64,000 nucleotides of DNA. Source: Laetmonice hystrix. Taxonomy: Eukaryota. This document shows, one piece after another, positions 26,294-39,623 of this stretch. Each line of letters begins with the position of its first letter. The first letter of the stretch is position 1. The notes beneath the pieces are model-generated. The model was given only the letters and a program-made list of their open reading frames with translations. It made no database searches and was not told the origin of the DNA. The position numbers and the translations under genes are program-made. The stretch is from NCBI GenBank assembly GCA_965235115.1, contig OZ249439.1, positions 12,338,001-12,402,000 on the forward strand, written 5' to 3'.

Positions 26294-29200
26294 ACCTCTA
26301 CTCTTCCGGCCCTTCGTAACTTCCCTTTTCTTCCACCCTACTTCCCTTCCCCTCCTCCCCCTCTTCCCTAATCTCATTTAACTTCTATTTTTTTGTTACC
26401 TGAAGGATTACATTCTTATCTTAAACTCATCTTTGCTTCCTCAATTAACAATTGATTTAAACAAACGCAGTTATCTTGATTCCTTTTTTGTTTTTCCCTT
26501 TTCTTGCCCCTTGGTGGGGACTTTTTTAGTGGCCAGGAAAGAAATAGTTCAGTAATCGTGAATGATGTCGGTGCTGGGGTTGTTGGTGACAGGCGGGCCT
26601 ATTGGCAGCGGTGGTGAAGCAGCAGTTTGACAGGGTCTGGGGTGGAGGGCCCGGGGCAGCCTCCCCAGACCATTACCAATGTTAGATGTGGCAGGATGGG
26701 CCACATTGTTAGGTGTAACCACTCATCTCGTTACACTAATCACCTCAACCTTTCATTACCCACACCTGAATGACCACCAAAGCATCCCCAAAAGCTGCCA
26801 TTATTCTCTGCTCACACCTTGCAACCCCTCCGTGGTCAATGCTGTCAATAAAACCCATGTGACAATTGACAAATCCCATGAACTTCAGGCATTTCATCCC
26901 TATTCAAGCCCTCCATTGTGGGAAATTGATCACCTGCAGAATGCCGGCAGCCACACGATTAAATATATTGATTGCTCTGCGCATTAACTTATTATTCCGT
27001 ATTACACTATTACAGTATCCATGCCGACTCGAAATGCGCAGTTCGTGAATGTCTGCAGTGAACAACCGGAATAATAAAAGCTACACACGGTCCTGATTTC
27101 CTCTTCTACTTAAAGCATTAGAAACGTCTAAAAAATTACCTTTTATTCTTTAAAGGAAATCACTTCTCTCTGCAGCATGACACAATTGCTGTGTAACAAA
27201 GGTGCCCACTACAGATGTCTTTCCGACAAAATGAAATAACTTGGACACCTCAGCCATTGACAAAGACAACATTTCGGGACATGATTACTCGTAACGAACA
27301 GACAGCCCCCGTTGTCCTTTGGATTAATGCCCTATTTCTCTGCTTATACCAACTTCTTGCACTCTGCACACCACTGACGTGTAATCAGTCGTCACATATT
27401 CAAGAGACATGACTAGAAATCAGATGTGGTTTTGGGCACCCACAACTAGCGGCGGGAAAACGTGAAGTAATTTTCCAACGGCCATCTTGGACAGGAGGTC
27501 AGACTGACTGGTCTATTAAATAAGGGGGGGGGGGGGGGGTCAGACCGAAGAATTTGCCCACGTGTGCAGTGGGTGGCATGACTACCAGGTCCACTTAAGG
27601 CGCAGTCCACACCTTACTTGGGGCCAAAGTGGCTTCATTTGGCATACCTCTTTGATAGAAGTCTCATTTCGGCTCATCCGCAACATGAATCAACCCCACC
27701 CACATCTCAGCCACTACGAGTGGTTATGGGGCAAATAAATGAATGAGGGACATGAATAAATGAAAGACTCAGTCAATCTGGCACTGATTATTCTGACATG
27801 ATGTGACCCAATCGTTTTTATTAAATCTTTCTCGTTGAAAATCCCGCACATATCCGCATAATGCTGTGAACCTGTGAAATTGACAAACACGTGGGGGAAT
27901 TGACGACAATGTAAATATTCAAATAATGCCAATTAAAACTAATTGGCAACACAAAAAGACATCCCAAAAATCCAAATGACCCTTAGGTAGAGATAATAAT
28001 AGCACAATACTACGCCAGCGCGAGTGTCCAAATCAATTTAGGGGTTCTGTTCCTTTTCATTGTCACATAATATTCCTATAGAAATGGCATAATTAACTTG
28101 GGCTTCTGTATAGGACAAACGAAGGCAATTGTCAGCAGTTCATTTGGCATTCACTCTTCCTCGTCTACCAAAAAAAAGCAACCTTTGTAGCAGCTGCAAG
28201 GAATGACATATAATGGTTGGGCATCGCTGGAGGAGCTCAGTCCATGTGAAATCTATTTAGAAGTGTCTATATTCTCTGAAAATGGATGCAATTTTCCTGC
28301 TGAAAGGCCGCTAGGAAAAAATGTCTCGACAGAAAGCTGCTTTTGAGATGGAATACAAGATGAGGCGACAATCTATCCATGCATACAGCAAGATTTAATC
28401 AAATTGCCAATGAATATACAAGAGATGTACAACATGTCGCTGCTGCATTGGCAATATCAGTGTGGCATACATGAGGGTGTATGAGACGCAAACAGTATGA
28501 GACGCGCCGGGCGGTGGTTGGTTATCTGTGGGGCCTGTCTTCTCCACACCAACGGCCACCTCCAGGGTGTCCATCAAAAACTTCTACCAGCCAACCACTG
28601 GAGCAGCCAAACGCATCAACTATAGACCACCATCATGGGTATGATTTCTCCATTCTACATAGCTCGGTCCTACCGCTTGTCTGATTCCCAACATACATCT
28701 TTTATAACCGATCATTTTGCCGTGGGAAAGAGCTAGAGTGGCGTGATTTCCAATCCCCTTAATTATTGGCACGACTCAATCCTAGCCAGCCCGAACTGTA
28801 AGCGTCACTTCACGGTATTTTCTCTATGTGTGACCAGACCCGGTAGCCACAATGAGTTCCAATCAAGCCATTCAACCTATTCCTCAGTGGCACAATCCCC
28901 GCCAAGCCTCTTGTTTTCCATCAGCTCTAGAAGCCTCTTCTGTTTAGACCCTGGAAGGTCTCGATGTTCTTTGCATGTCCTATCTATTTCTGGAGCACTC
29001 GCCGGCACGCAAGATCCTCGGCCCCCATTCCCAGGGTAGAAAATTCCAACAGGTACTGTCCAATCCGTGTACTCCAACAGTTCCCGGAGTGCACTGAGTG
29101 CAGATATGGAGTGGTGTCCCACTAATAACACAGGACAGTCAGCATCAGGGTGCCCTGGTAGCTGGGAATCGTAGCCTGCTTTAACACTCATAGGATACCT

Positions 29201-29440
29201 CCCCAAGCCAAGATAGACACGGGGTTCCAAATTGAATTGGCTCACACCACGGAGAAAGGAGTACACCCGCCACATGACCGGACATGGAATCAGGCATGCC
29301 AACCACCCCTACTGCAATCAAATCACTTCAACATTTCCCTTCACGTTCAAAATGGAAACTCCTGCACATATCAAATACATGATAGAATTTCACTTTCCAT
29401 TTTCGCCTCAATCTTTCAAGGTTTTCCACGCGATACCAAA

Positions 29441-30058
29441 GCCCCAAGCCGTTACCTGGTTGTGTGGGTATGTGAGTTAGGCACACATCTCCGCAGGTAG
29501 CCGAGGATAACGCCCCAAGCTGTTGCCTGGTTGTATGGGTATGTGAGTTAGGCACACAGCTCCGCAGGTAGCCGAGGATAACGCCCCAAGCCGTTACCTG
29601 GTTGTATGGGTATGTGAGTTAGGCACACATCTCCGCAGGTAGCCGGGGATAACGCCCCAAGCCGTTACCTGGTTGTGTGGGTATGTGAGTTAGGCACACA
29701 GCTCCGCCGGTAGCCGTGGATAACGCCCCAAGCCGTTACCTGGTTGTGTGGGTATGTGAGTTAGGCACACAGCTCCGCCGGTAGCCGAGGATAACGCCCC
29801 AAGCTGTTGCCTGGTTGTATGGGTATGTGAGTTAGGCACACAGCTCCGCCGGTAGCCGGGGATAACGCCCCAAGCCGTTACCTGGTTGTATGGGTATGTG
29901 AGTTAGGCACACAGCTCCGCAGGTAGCCGGGGATAACGCCCCAAGCCGTTACCTGGTTGTGTGGGTATGTGAGTTAGGCACACATCTCCGCAGGTAGCCG
30001 TTACCTGGTTGTGTGGGTATGTGAGTTAGGCACACAGCTCCGCAGGTAGCCGGGGATA
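29441..30058. repeat. 71-bp minisatellite, ~9 copies
   Basis: Unit gccccaagccgttacctggttgtgtgggtatgtgagttaggcacacagctccgcaggtagccggggataac. Confidence 0.95.
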
Positions 30059-32115
30059 TGCATCACTGTCCCCTCACCTGTTATGTTTAATGAAGCATGC
30101 AGGGGCCATGCCCGTCAGCAGCAAATGGCTGCCATCAGTCAGGACGAAAAGCCCTACGCGGTCACCTAAAAGCACACAGGCTGACAGCGAACGTTTATGG
30201 CCCCGACTTACATATGAATCCATCCGTCATAACTTCATGCGACGTTAGCCGTGCAAGGACGGGCACGTTTTGACGATCAATGCCGGTCTACGTGGTAAGG
30301 TTTTCCTACAGACGAGGCTGGCTGCTATCTCCCTCGCTGCATATTTCATTGTCACCTTTGAGAGAATGGTGTAGTTGAGCGTGGATGAGTTGAGCGTGTG
30401 TAGTAGGGCTCAGTAATCAATGCAGGAACATGGAGGAGGGCCAGCTCATGCATAATGGAGACCCAACATGATGAACACCCAGCCACGCTCCGACCACCCT
30501 ATTTAAATCACATCATTTATAAAAATAACAGACACCTGTAGCCTTATTAACATTCCCCTGAATAATATGACGCCATACTGGCAATTCGTCAGATGTATTC
30601 GGGCAGAGCGAAGGGAAACTAGCCAGTTGGAAGTGACGCCATCTCCAGCGAGTAAGATGAGACTGGCCCTCCTCCTCCTGCCGGCCGCTACCGCCACCAG
30701 GACGGCCAAGTCCTGACACCAAGGCCAGCCTTAATCAAATGCTAATCTCCGTTAGCTGTGATGAATCACACCCAACCTTTGGCACAGCCTTTAATCCACC
30801 TAATCTATTTTAATTTGGATCAACTCCATATTACCTGCATCGATTGGTTTGTGTGAAGTGATCAATGAGGGCACACCATGCGCCTCCCAACATCACTCTC
30901 TCCCCGGTTCCAGAGGCATCACCTCCAATGATGCCTCCCGACACTGCTCACGGCAAAAGGCGACATCAGCAAGATTATACACCCAGCCATCGGTTTGAAA
31001 GAACCTTAATTTGCATGCAGATAAGGAATCGCCTCTTGCTCTTAGGCTTGGGCATAAGAAATCTGAAATTAAGGAGATAGAAATTGACATCTCCAGGTAG
31101 TTTTTAGTTGGAAAGAACTTATGTGCTGAAAACCAGAGTCGTAGCATGCGCCAACTTTACCGATATTGTTCTGCATAATGCATCATGCATGATAAAGTGT
31201 TCCGTTTTGAAATGAATGGGGTTTCCTTATAGAATATACATGGGAGTGCACTTGGTTGACAAATGGCCTGGTTTAAGCTGATCACTGTCAACGCTGACTA
31301 ATGTTGACAGCTTATGAAACAAACAAGAATGACTTGACGGGCTCTGCTGCCTGCCAACCTTCCCAACTTTGATGAATGCTACGTTGATGAGGTCCCCACA
31401 GGTTTATACATATACAAGTGGACCCAGCTTCACACTAGGTACATCGGAGTTTGTGATGGATGGCGCAACCCCCAGGGGCTGGAGACTAACAATTACACCA
31501 TGCCCCCAATATATGTATTCATCCCTTTCATGCTGCTGCCTGACGGACCCGTCAATACATCTGAATATTGACCTCTTCACATCGGTCAGTCACATTGAAT
31601 TCTGGTGCAGCTCGGCCGTTTTGCCAGTTTCTGAGGTTTTGGAGTGTGGCTCGATTACTCATCCCTAACTGTGATCGATGTACGTACAAAAGCTGCCTGC
31701 TACAAGCCGAATTTCAAGAAGCATGCACGTACTTAGACAACAACTACCAGCACCCACTGCCAGCCTTAAAAAACCCCACACATTTACCATCAGGCTTCTC
31801 AACGGCTGCCTTGCCTCATCCAATTTGAAATTGTTAAAAATGAGAATTGCCTCCATCATCTGCTGTTTTTGATGCTTAATTTAACAATTAGTAATAAGGA
31901 GTACAGCCATTATCCTATTAATTGATACTGTAATTGTGTAATGGAACAATCTCAGGATTGGAACATAGTTACTAATTACAGCTAGAAATATGCAAGTCGG
32001 GCAATAAAAGGTAGAGCCATATCATGATGAACGATGATCAAATGCCATCACCTGGTAAGATATATCTGGCTCTTGTCACCAATAATTTGTCAACCCATCT
32101 CATGGATATGTGCAC

Positions 32116-32184
32116 ACAGAACACCCACCCGACATACAGAACACCCACCCGACATACAGAACACCCACCCGACATACAGAACAC
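32116..32184. repeat. 20-bp tandem repeat, ~3.5 copies
   Basis: Unit acagaacacccacccgacat. Confidence 0.9.
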
Positions 32185-33497
32185 TGGCTGTTACTTTCAA
32201 TTACCCTCCCATCAAAAATATCCTTAAACAGCAAAATCTCTGAAACTCCTGTACTGTAACATCTTGGTGCTCGACTCGCTGATTGCCTTTCGTCAGCTCA
32301 ATGCTTACACACGACAAATCGGCAATCAGATTTTGTTTTTGTTCTGTGTTTCAGTGAAACTCATATGTGCTTATTTAAATTTTCTAGAAATCGCTATTGT
32401 TTACGGAGTGCTAGGTAATTGGACCATTGTCTTTTCCCCTACTCCTACCTGTTTACCAAAGCAACTGAGATGCAGAGAACAAAGGTTTTTTTACCATTAC
32501 CAAGGCTGTATTCTGAATTTACAGGGTGACTATGCTCTAGCCCCATTACTTGTCTCCATAACTTTAGTTTCCTGGTTTTAGTACAGACCACCGCCAGGAG
32601 TGCGACGAACACCCACCAGTCGACACACAACCTGCCCTAAACTCCACACCACGTCACGGCGAGGGTCATGCCGATTTCTTCCTCCTCCACCCAATAAAAC
32701 AACCCAACAAGATCCTCAGTGCCACCGTTCTAGGGAATACAACATGTGGAGAGACCTTTTTCCATCGGCGTCCTCTCCAGCCTCCTTCCTTGCCCCAGGA
32801 ACAAACACCCTGGTGCCCTCTATGGATGACTAACCCCTAAATCAATACCTCAAACAGCTTGCAAACTCACACAAATTCTACTGTCCGAGCGGAAGACATC
32901 AGGACTTAATGAAAATCTCTGCCCTGATTGGCTGCTGCCCTAGTCGACCTGTCGTCTGCGTTTGCTCGGCACTGACCCGGGCCCGACCCCACTGTCACAC
33001 ACAGACGCCGATTTCAAAGCTCAACAACGCACGTCAACCCCGACGTCACTCCATGTCTCGCCATGTTTATTTCCAATTATGTCATCCGAGTGTGAGTCAA
33101 AGAAACCGAGAGGCTGGAGAGGTTGTGAATTATTCGTGTCGGGGAGAACTGCTAAAGTGGCGGTAGTCTCTGGTTGACAGCCAGATCATGAGGTAACTGG
33201 GTTGACAGAGCCCCCAGTCTTTGATAGGGATCCTATCTTCACGTCAATCTCAGCCTATCAATACTGCATCACCAGTGACGACCAAAAACTAATTAACCAC
33301 TTAAAAAGGGACGTGTTTTGGGGCGTTTCCATTCCAAAGATAAAAATTTCCAATGTTTTGGTCAGTGATTCATTGCCGGAAACTTCAACCCAAAGGGTGC
33401 TGAATCAGTGTAGTTAACACCTCTCCAAAGTGCATCCTGACTGAAGCGTTTGATGTTCTTACTTCCCAGATAAAACGCACCCAAAACGTACTTTTAA

Positions 33498-33868
33498 AGC
33501 GGAGGTAAAGATTAAAGGTACTTCGCAGCGCCATCTGTTTTCCACCTACTTTCAGTATCCGCAAGTAGGCCGGAAGCAGTCTTAGCACCAATCAGATGAC
33601 AGCACTGCCTGAGGCGCGATTCATAAAAATTAACGTGTATTTCTGATTAGCCAATAGGAACATCCCCAGTAAAGTTATTGTTGTCGAACCAATATGGCGA
33701 AGCCAACGATAGCAGGAACGCATAGGCATTTAATCTATAGTGACAGTGGGAGGAACAACTTTGACATGGCTGCAAAAACACACACCATATATATATAACT
33801 ATATAACCAGGTGGTCATTTCATAGGAGGTACATTATTATTCTATATTATACGTATTTTACCTCCGCT
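33498..33868. mobile_element. 371-bp non-autonomous Kolobok-like DNA transposon
   Basis: TTAA|AGCGGAGGTAAA ... TTTACCTCCGCT|TTAA: perfect 12-bp TIR, TTAA on both sides, purine-purine (AG) terminus as in Kolobok rather than piggyBac (CC). Confidence 0.8.
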
Positions 33869-34619
33869 TTAAACAGAACGGCTACTCGCTGATCGTCAGT
33901 AAAGCACCCGTTTTGACCATCCTTGTATCTTTGACCATCCTTGTATCTTTATCAGTAAGATTCCAAGGGGAGGAATCCCCTTTTTGCTCATAAGTCATGA
34001 CTTGGATCTAAACACACTTCGGTCTTCGTTATTCTAGCCGAATATTTCAATTTTATTAGTACTCTGCCATGTGACAAAATGAGGCTTCGACAATTTACAA
34101 AAGTTTGTGCGCAAGCCATAATAAACAAAAGTTGAAGCAGTTTTTTACGCGGCAGGTTCAACCACTGCTGGGACTAGAGACATAAAACACACTACATTAT
34201 CTTAAGTCATTGCCTGCTGCATGGCCACATAACAAATAACTATTTCATCCAACTGACACATTTTACAGGCAGCTATATAAAGAGCCACATAAAGGTGTAT
34301 TTCCTCTACTACACGTGCCACTGGCGGCAGGCCGTAGCTCAACTCGAGCTGTTCTTCGAGCGCAGGGAAGGGACCATTTAACACATTCAAAATGGCAGGA
34401 TTTACGACCGCCGATCGTAGCTAGTCTCAGGCGGATCTGGAGCTTTTGGTTGGCAGTGTCTGAGGATGGACTGTGTGTATGACAGCCTGGAGGCGGCTTG
34501 GGGACGCTGGAGGAGCCAGCCGGTTCCCAGCTAGCCGCGCCAGGCCCATGATGAATGACCCACGCCTCCCCAACTACGGCCAGCCATGATGACCAACGTA
34601 AGCCTGTTGACTCGGCCAC

Positions 34620-34765
34620 CACAGCTAACTGGGCTGGAGAAAAACAGCTAACTAGGCTACAGAAAAAAAACCCCAGCTAACTGGGCCACAGAAAAACCTC
34701 CCAGCAAACTTGGCTATAGATATCCGACCTACCCGGCCTCAGAAAAACAGCTAATTGGGACACGG
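34620..34765. repeat. Degenerate short tandem repeat
   Basis: Recurrent cagctaactgggc...agaaaaac units, about 5 diverged copies. Confidence 0.6.
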
Positions 34766-37012
34766 AAATCTGGCCCACTTACTTGGCAAAAAAATTTCTA
34801 GTCGGTCTGACCCTCATCATCGGCACCTTACATATTGACTACTCAGAACACCACGTTCTCTTCACGAGTAAAATCACTCAGCAACTATCTCAGAGAAATT
34901 ACTCACTTCTCGAGCTAACTTGAATGTCTGCTACGATTTTCTTAAAAATATCCTATTCAGATATTGGATCTATTCCCTCATATGGATCAGGTACCCGGGG
35001 GTATGAAGGCCCACACAGTGTTTTTCCCTCCTGGGGGTACACTTTTCACCCCAGGAACCCCAGCTATCAGTGGGTGCCACCAAACCATTGTGGATCCATC
35101 GTTGGCACCCCAGGGATGCACCCCTCGATCAACTCCCTTCAAACCGATGGGAGATCACCCACCAGCGTTCCGCTGGGAAATTACGATCTTGTGTTGGCTC
35201 AAATTGCAGCATTAAGAGTTCACAGGTCAGCCACGCTACAGATCACACCACTTGTAACACGACTCGCCACATGCTTCCTCAGCTCTTTAAATTAATCATA
35301 CTAACAGCACGCCATCTTTTTTTAAAAAAAGGATACCAGAGTTTACAGTCTGTGTTAAATGCACTCAGTTCATTTTCTTTACTTTACATCGCCTTCTCTT
35401 GCCCTGACAACATGAAAGTCAGAACATCTTGCAAGTTTTCCAGGTATGATGAGGGTTTTTTTTAACGACAAGTAAAAACGGCTTAAGTTACAATTGCTAT
35501 GAGGGATATACTAAATTCTATGCACAATTACATTTTGCTCAGACCTGAGATAATGCTGACTCTAGCCTCCCTTTGGGCTTATTTCCATGCTTAGCCAGTC
35601 CTCACGAGAGAAATTAATTTTCTGCTTGCTCTAAGCGGTAGGAACGTCGCACTAGTCTGTCGAGCAATCATGACGATGTATTGTATTTAATCTGGCTTAC
35701 GATGGGGACATTTCTTCTAAAGTCATTTTTGATCTGCTCATCAAGTTTCTAGCCGGGAAGAACTTTGAATAATGCCTTGGAATAATTATGCTGTACTGAT
35801 AGGTGCTGTGCCTTGAAGTAGGCCGACAGGCCCATGTTACGGAAACTTCATTAGAAAACAAATTAAAATTTAAACCTGTGCTTATCCCGAGAGGCCCACG
35901 GAGTTTATCATAGGATGCATACAACAGCCATAGCCCAATCAGGCACCTTGTCTATACTATGAATAAAGTACAACCTTCATTACCAGAGCTAATATTGTAA
36001 ATTAAGACCACCATCTCTCCGGAGTGTGTGTTTAAACACACCGCCCCTTCCCTCACTACAATTCTCTTCACCTTGTAACGTTAGTGCGAGTATTGGCCGC
36101 CAGGGCTAACCGGTCACAAACCTTTGGTGGTTTGGTAAATGAGGTACCTCTGTCAATTAGCGAATAAAAATTTTAGCATGTTTTATAATTAATCTGCCCA
36201 ATTACCTTCATGATTACTGCCGGAAGCTTCCGACTCTGATTGACTGATCATTATGCATTGCCAGTTTAATAACATTTGTATCTACATTTGAAGCAAACCT
36301 TCGTGTCAGAATATTAGCTACTGTTTTTGTACAATGTGGGGAATTTCTCGCTATCGCTCTGGGTAACCTAATACACGGCTCCTGCTGACGACTTCTGTAG
36401 AACCTGATATTCATTATGAAGCCTTTGAACACTGGCTACTCCAAACACTATCCACTCTTCAAAGAAACGTTTATTTCTAGTGCAAATACCAGAGTGTCAT
36501 TCAGAAGGTTTAACTACAAGTTTGCACAGTCACTCTGTCATTTTCTAATCATAAACGAAATAACGGTGACCATTTAATAATCCAGAATATGAGGCTGACG
36601 TTCTTTTTATATCAGCAAAAGGATTTTTCACAATCTCCAAATTGCTTCGAAACCAATGAAGTCATAGATTAATACATGTACACATATCAAGCGCCATTGA
36701 TCAATGAAGATACCATTGATATTCATGTTAAGTATTCATGTCATACCGTGAAACTAATACAGACTCAAAACGTGTACAGTAAAACATGTAAAATTTTAAC
36801 GATATTAGCAAAGTTCGTTGGTGTCTGAATTCCTTTCAACTCATTGTTATTCATGCATTTTCTGTTTTTGTTTTCATTGACTTCCTTACTTTTTTTTAGA
36901 TCCTTGTCGTCTGCGGAGGCATGTTTTAAAACAAAGACACCGCTGGAATAAGGTCATAACTAATAAGGATGTTGGCCTTTGTAAAACCATAGTGAGGCTG
37001 ACACCTTGGTCT

Positions 37013-37026
37013 GCGCCCCCTGGCGG
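37013..37026 (-). promoter_or_regulatory. CTCF-like motif CCGCCAGGGGGCGC
   Basis: Matches the CTCF core consensus; binding untested. Confidence 0.4.
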
Positions 37027-39623
37027 GTACTTCTAAAACGGACGCCTCCAGTTTAAACTCGGGCCACTCGGGGCTGTGGTTGGCCTGGCGGTAAGTAGAC
37101 GAGTCGCGTGTTAATTGTTGTGATTATAACGGTGCACAGGAACCACTTGTGAGGGCTTTGAGAAAAACATGCAAAGAAGCTGGCAGATTGATCGCCTTCA
37201 CGTAATCAGGGACGAAGTCAGAACAATGGGCAAAAATAGCAGCTTGGTCGGGTTCAGACGGCTGGTAGATCAATCACGCCAGGGCCAGCTGTCTGTGGGG
37301 ACAGCCGTACCTACTGACAGATACAGATTACACGGTCCCACAGCTTTCAGACATCCTCGATTGGTTCACACAGAGACCAATAGACGTGAAATATTCCGTT
37401 TAATTCACGCTCCGGTCATCAGGTATCGGCAGTAATACGTCTTCGGTTCGCAGTTTGCCATATGATTCTATGTGTCATTGGATGACGCGGAGTGGCCAGG
37501 CCTCCCCTTCCACCTGATATGTGTCATGTTTTACCCAAACTTTATCAATCACCGCTTCCAGGGGGGACCTGACCCCCCCCCCCCCAACCCGGCTCCTTTC
37601 CTCTGCCCAGCGGAGCTCCCACTGCTGTCTGGCTGACATGCGCAGTCTCTTCCTGCCAGTCTTCCGGTCCATCGTTCAAACCCATGCCCTCATCAAGTGT
37701 GACACCAATATAACAACTAAATAAAAAAAGTTTAACAACCATATTGAGTAACAGGCTGGCACTTCACTGGAGTATCATGCAAAACTGTTGGGAATTCAAT
37801 GAGACATGGGGTTTTTTTCTTCGCTATTCCATTCCATTTTCCATAGGTCATTAGATATTCATTGGCTGTTCCATTCATCTCTTATCTTTCAAGACAGAAA
37901 TTTAATGACAACTCCAAACCTCCTCGAGAACAGGATCTGCTCCATCAACCCACTTGTGTCTTCTTCCTACCAGAACTACACCCTTTCATGCTTGTGTCCA
38001 GAAATACTCGATAAAAACGCAAATTGGCCACAAATTGTGAATGAGTATAGATCACAGGAGAGCAAGGCAATCTCAGCCCACATCAAACCGTGATCCGTTC
38101 GATCACCGAGGCAATCCGGCCAGTGGCACCACACCGTAGGCCCCACGCCATGAGCTATGACGCTCAATAACTGCTGATCATCAGGCGTCACCTAGCGCCA
38201 ATACTCTGCACTAGTCATGACGAGAGCGACGCCACGTCAGGCCACGTCACGCCACGTCACAACGTTCTACACCACACGTCAGAAACCCACCCGCACATTG
38301 CAGTTGGCATTCCCAAAGGGGAATGCCTCTAAATGGAGATGCTTATCATGCATTGGCGATGCCCCTTGGCTATGAGCGCCACACCCGTATAGCTTATACC
38401 TCTCCCCCTGCCCCCTCCCTGCACCCAGCTCTCACCTCTGGGATAACGGTTGGGACCACCACCACGACTGACGGCCCCGTACTTCCTAACCATCGGCACC
38501 AGGCATCAGCTGGCCAGAGACGCCTACACCATTACCCGGCCCCATTTATTCACACACCATCTCTGATGCCAGAATACATGGATAGTGGCAGCATGTATTG
38601 TAATGGAGCCAGTGTAATTACAAGAGAAAATGTACCGTCAGATAAAAGTATTGACCGTGACGACGTCTTTTAATGTTAATCTAGTAGAAAGTGTATGCCG
38701 AGATGATGCCGCCAAGAATATTATAACAAAGGTTTTTACCTGTGTAGGGATAATAACAGCGCCTTAGTCCTCTTACCTGCAGATTGTACGTCAAGAAATG
38801 CCAAGAATACAGCATCCATTGCCTCCACTCTACCCGTTACTTTGTACTTTACAGAGGGTATCTCAGATCACTGGGCGACACTGAGCCCCCTAGTTTTTTA
38901 TTATCAAAGAAAGATTAATTAACCCATGATGGCGGGCCAGGGCGAGCGTCTCGTGAGGCCGACTGAACACCTCCACAATACCTGGTATAATCAGGCGTTC
39001 ACACGTGATAAGTACCATACATTTTTCATGACGTGTTAGGAGCAGTCCCCGTACACAGGACCTCGTGCACTTAGCTTCATACACCTAAAAACATCAACTG
39101 GCCCCTCTTATGTTGATAGCATTATTCCATTATCTCATCAGATTTCACGAGTGAAATGTTCAGTAAACCTTTGAGTTGTTATGGGGCAGTATTATACAGA
39201 GAAGTATATAGCTGGGATTTATAAACTCTACGTTGCCGGCCCACCTCATACAAATGCACTAATTTTTAAGCGATTTTCTTTCCGTACCTCTCGGTTCTAC
39301 TGCAACATTTATAAGACTGCCAGGAGACTTATTACCACCCAACGTTTTTATCTCCCGTGAATGGTTCTATTGGCAATCAAAAGCCGTTATAAATCAGCAT
39401 AAAAAAGTGCACAGCATTATACATAATACATGTAACCAAGTACGGTAATACTGACACCAGAATATGCTTCTTGACAATTGGGGTTCATTGTTGTTAGACC
39501 CTACAAATACGCCGGTTCAAGTGTGACACCACGCTTCCATCCAATCAAATTATCATTTGAATCCACTTCACATGTGTGCAATAAAATTATCACATCTCGG
39601 TGGAGTGTATAAATAAATCTCCA

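Noticed and set aside
27150-27168. TTAA|AGGAAATCACTTCTC, similar to the 58463 terminus (also a possible solo end at ~48769)
   Set aside because: No partner inverted end located by eye, so element boundaries cannot be supported.
28200-28480. RWNT resemblance to the hAT transposase TRWNS motif
   Set aside because: Four-residue match with no other hAT motifs or TIRs.
38323-38673. 116-aa plus-strand ORF
   Set aside because: No recognisable domain or splice context; compatible with chance in GC-rich sequence.
38772-38779. Strong minus-strand donor CAG|GTAAG (also at 63433-63441)
   Set aside because: No good upstream acceptor with an open, meaningful frame.
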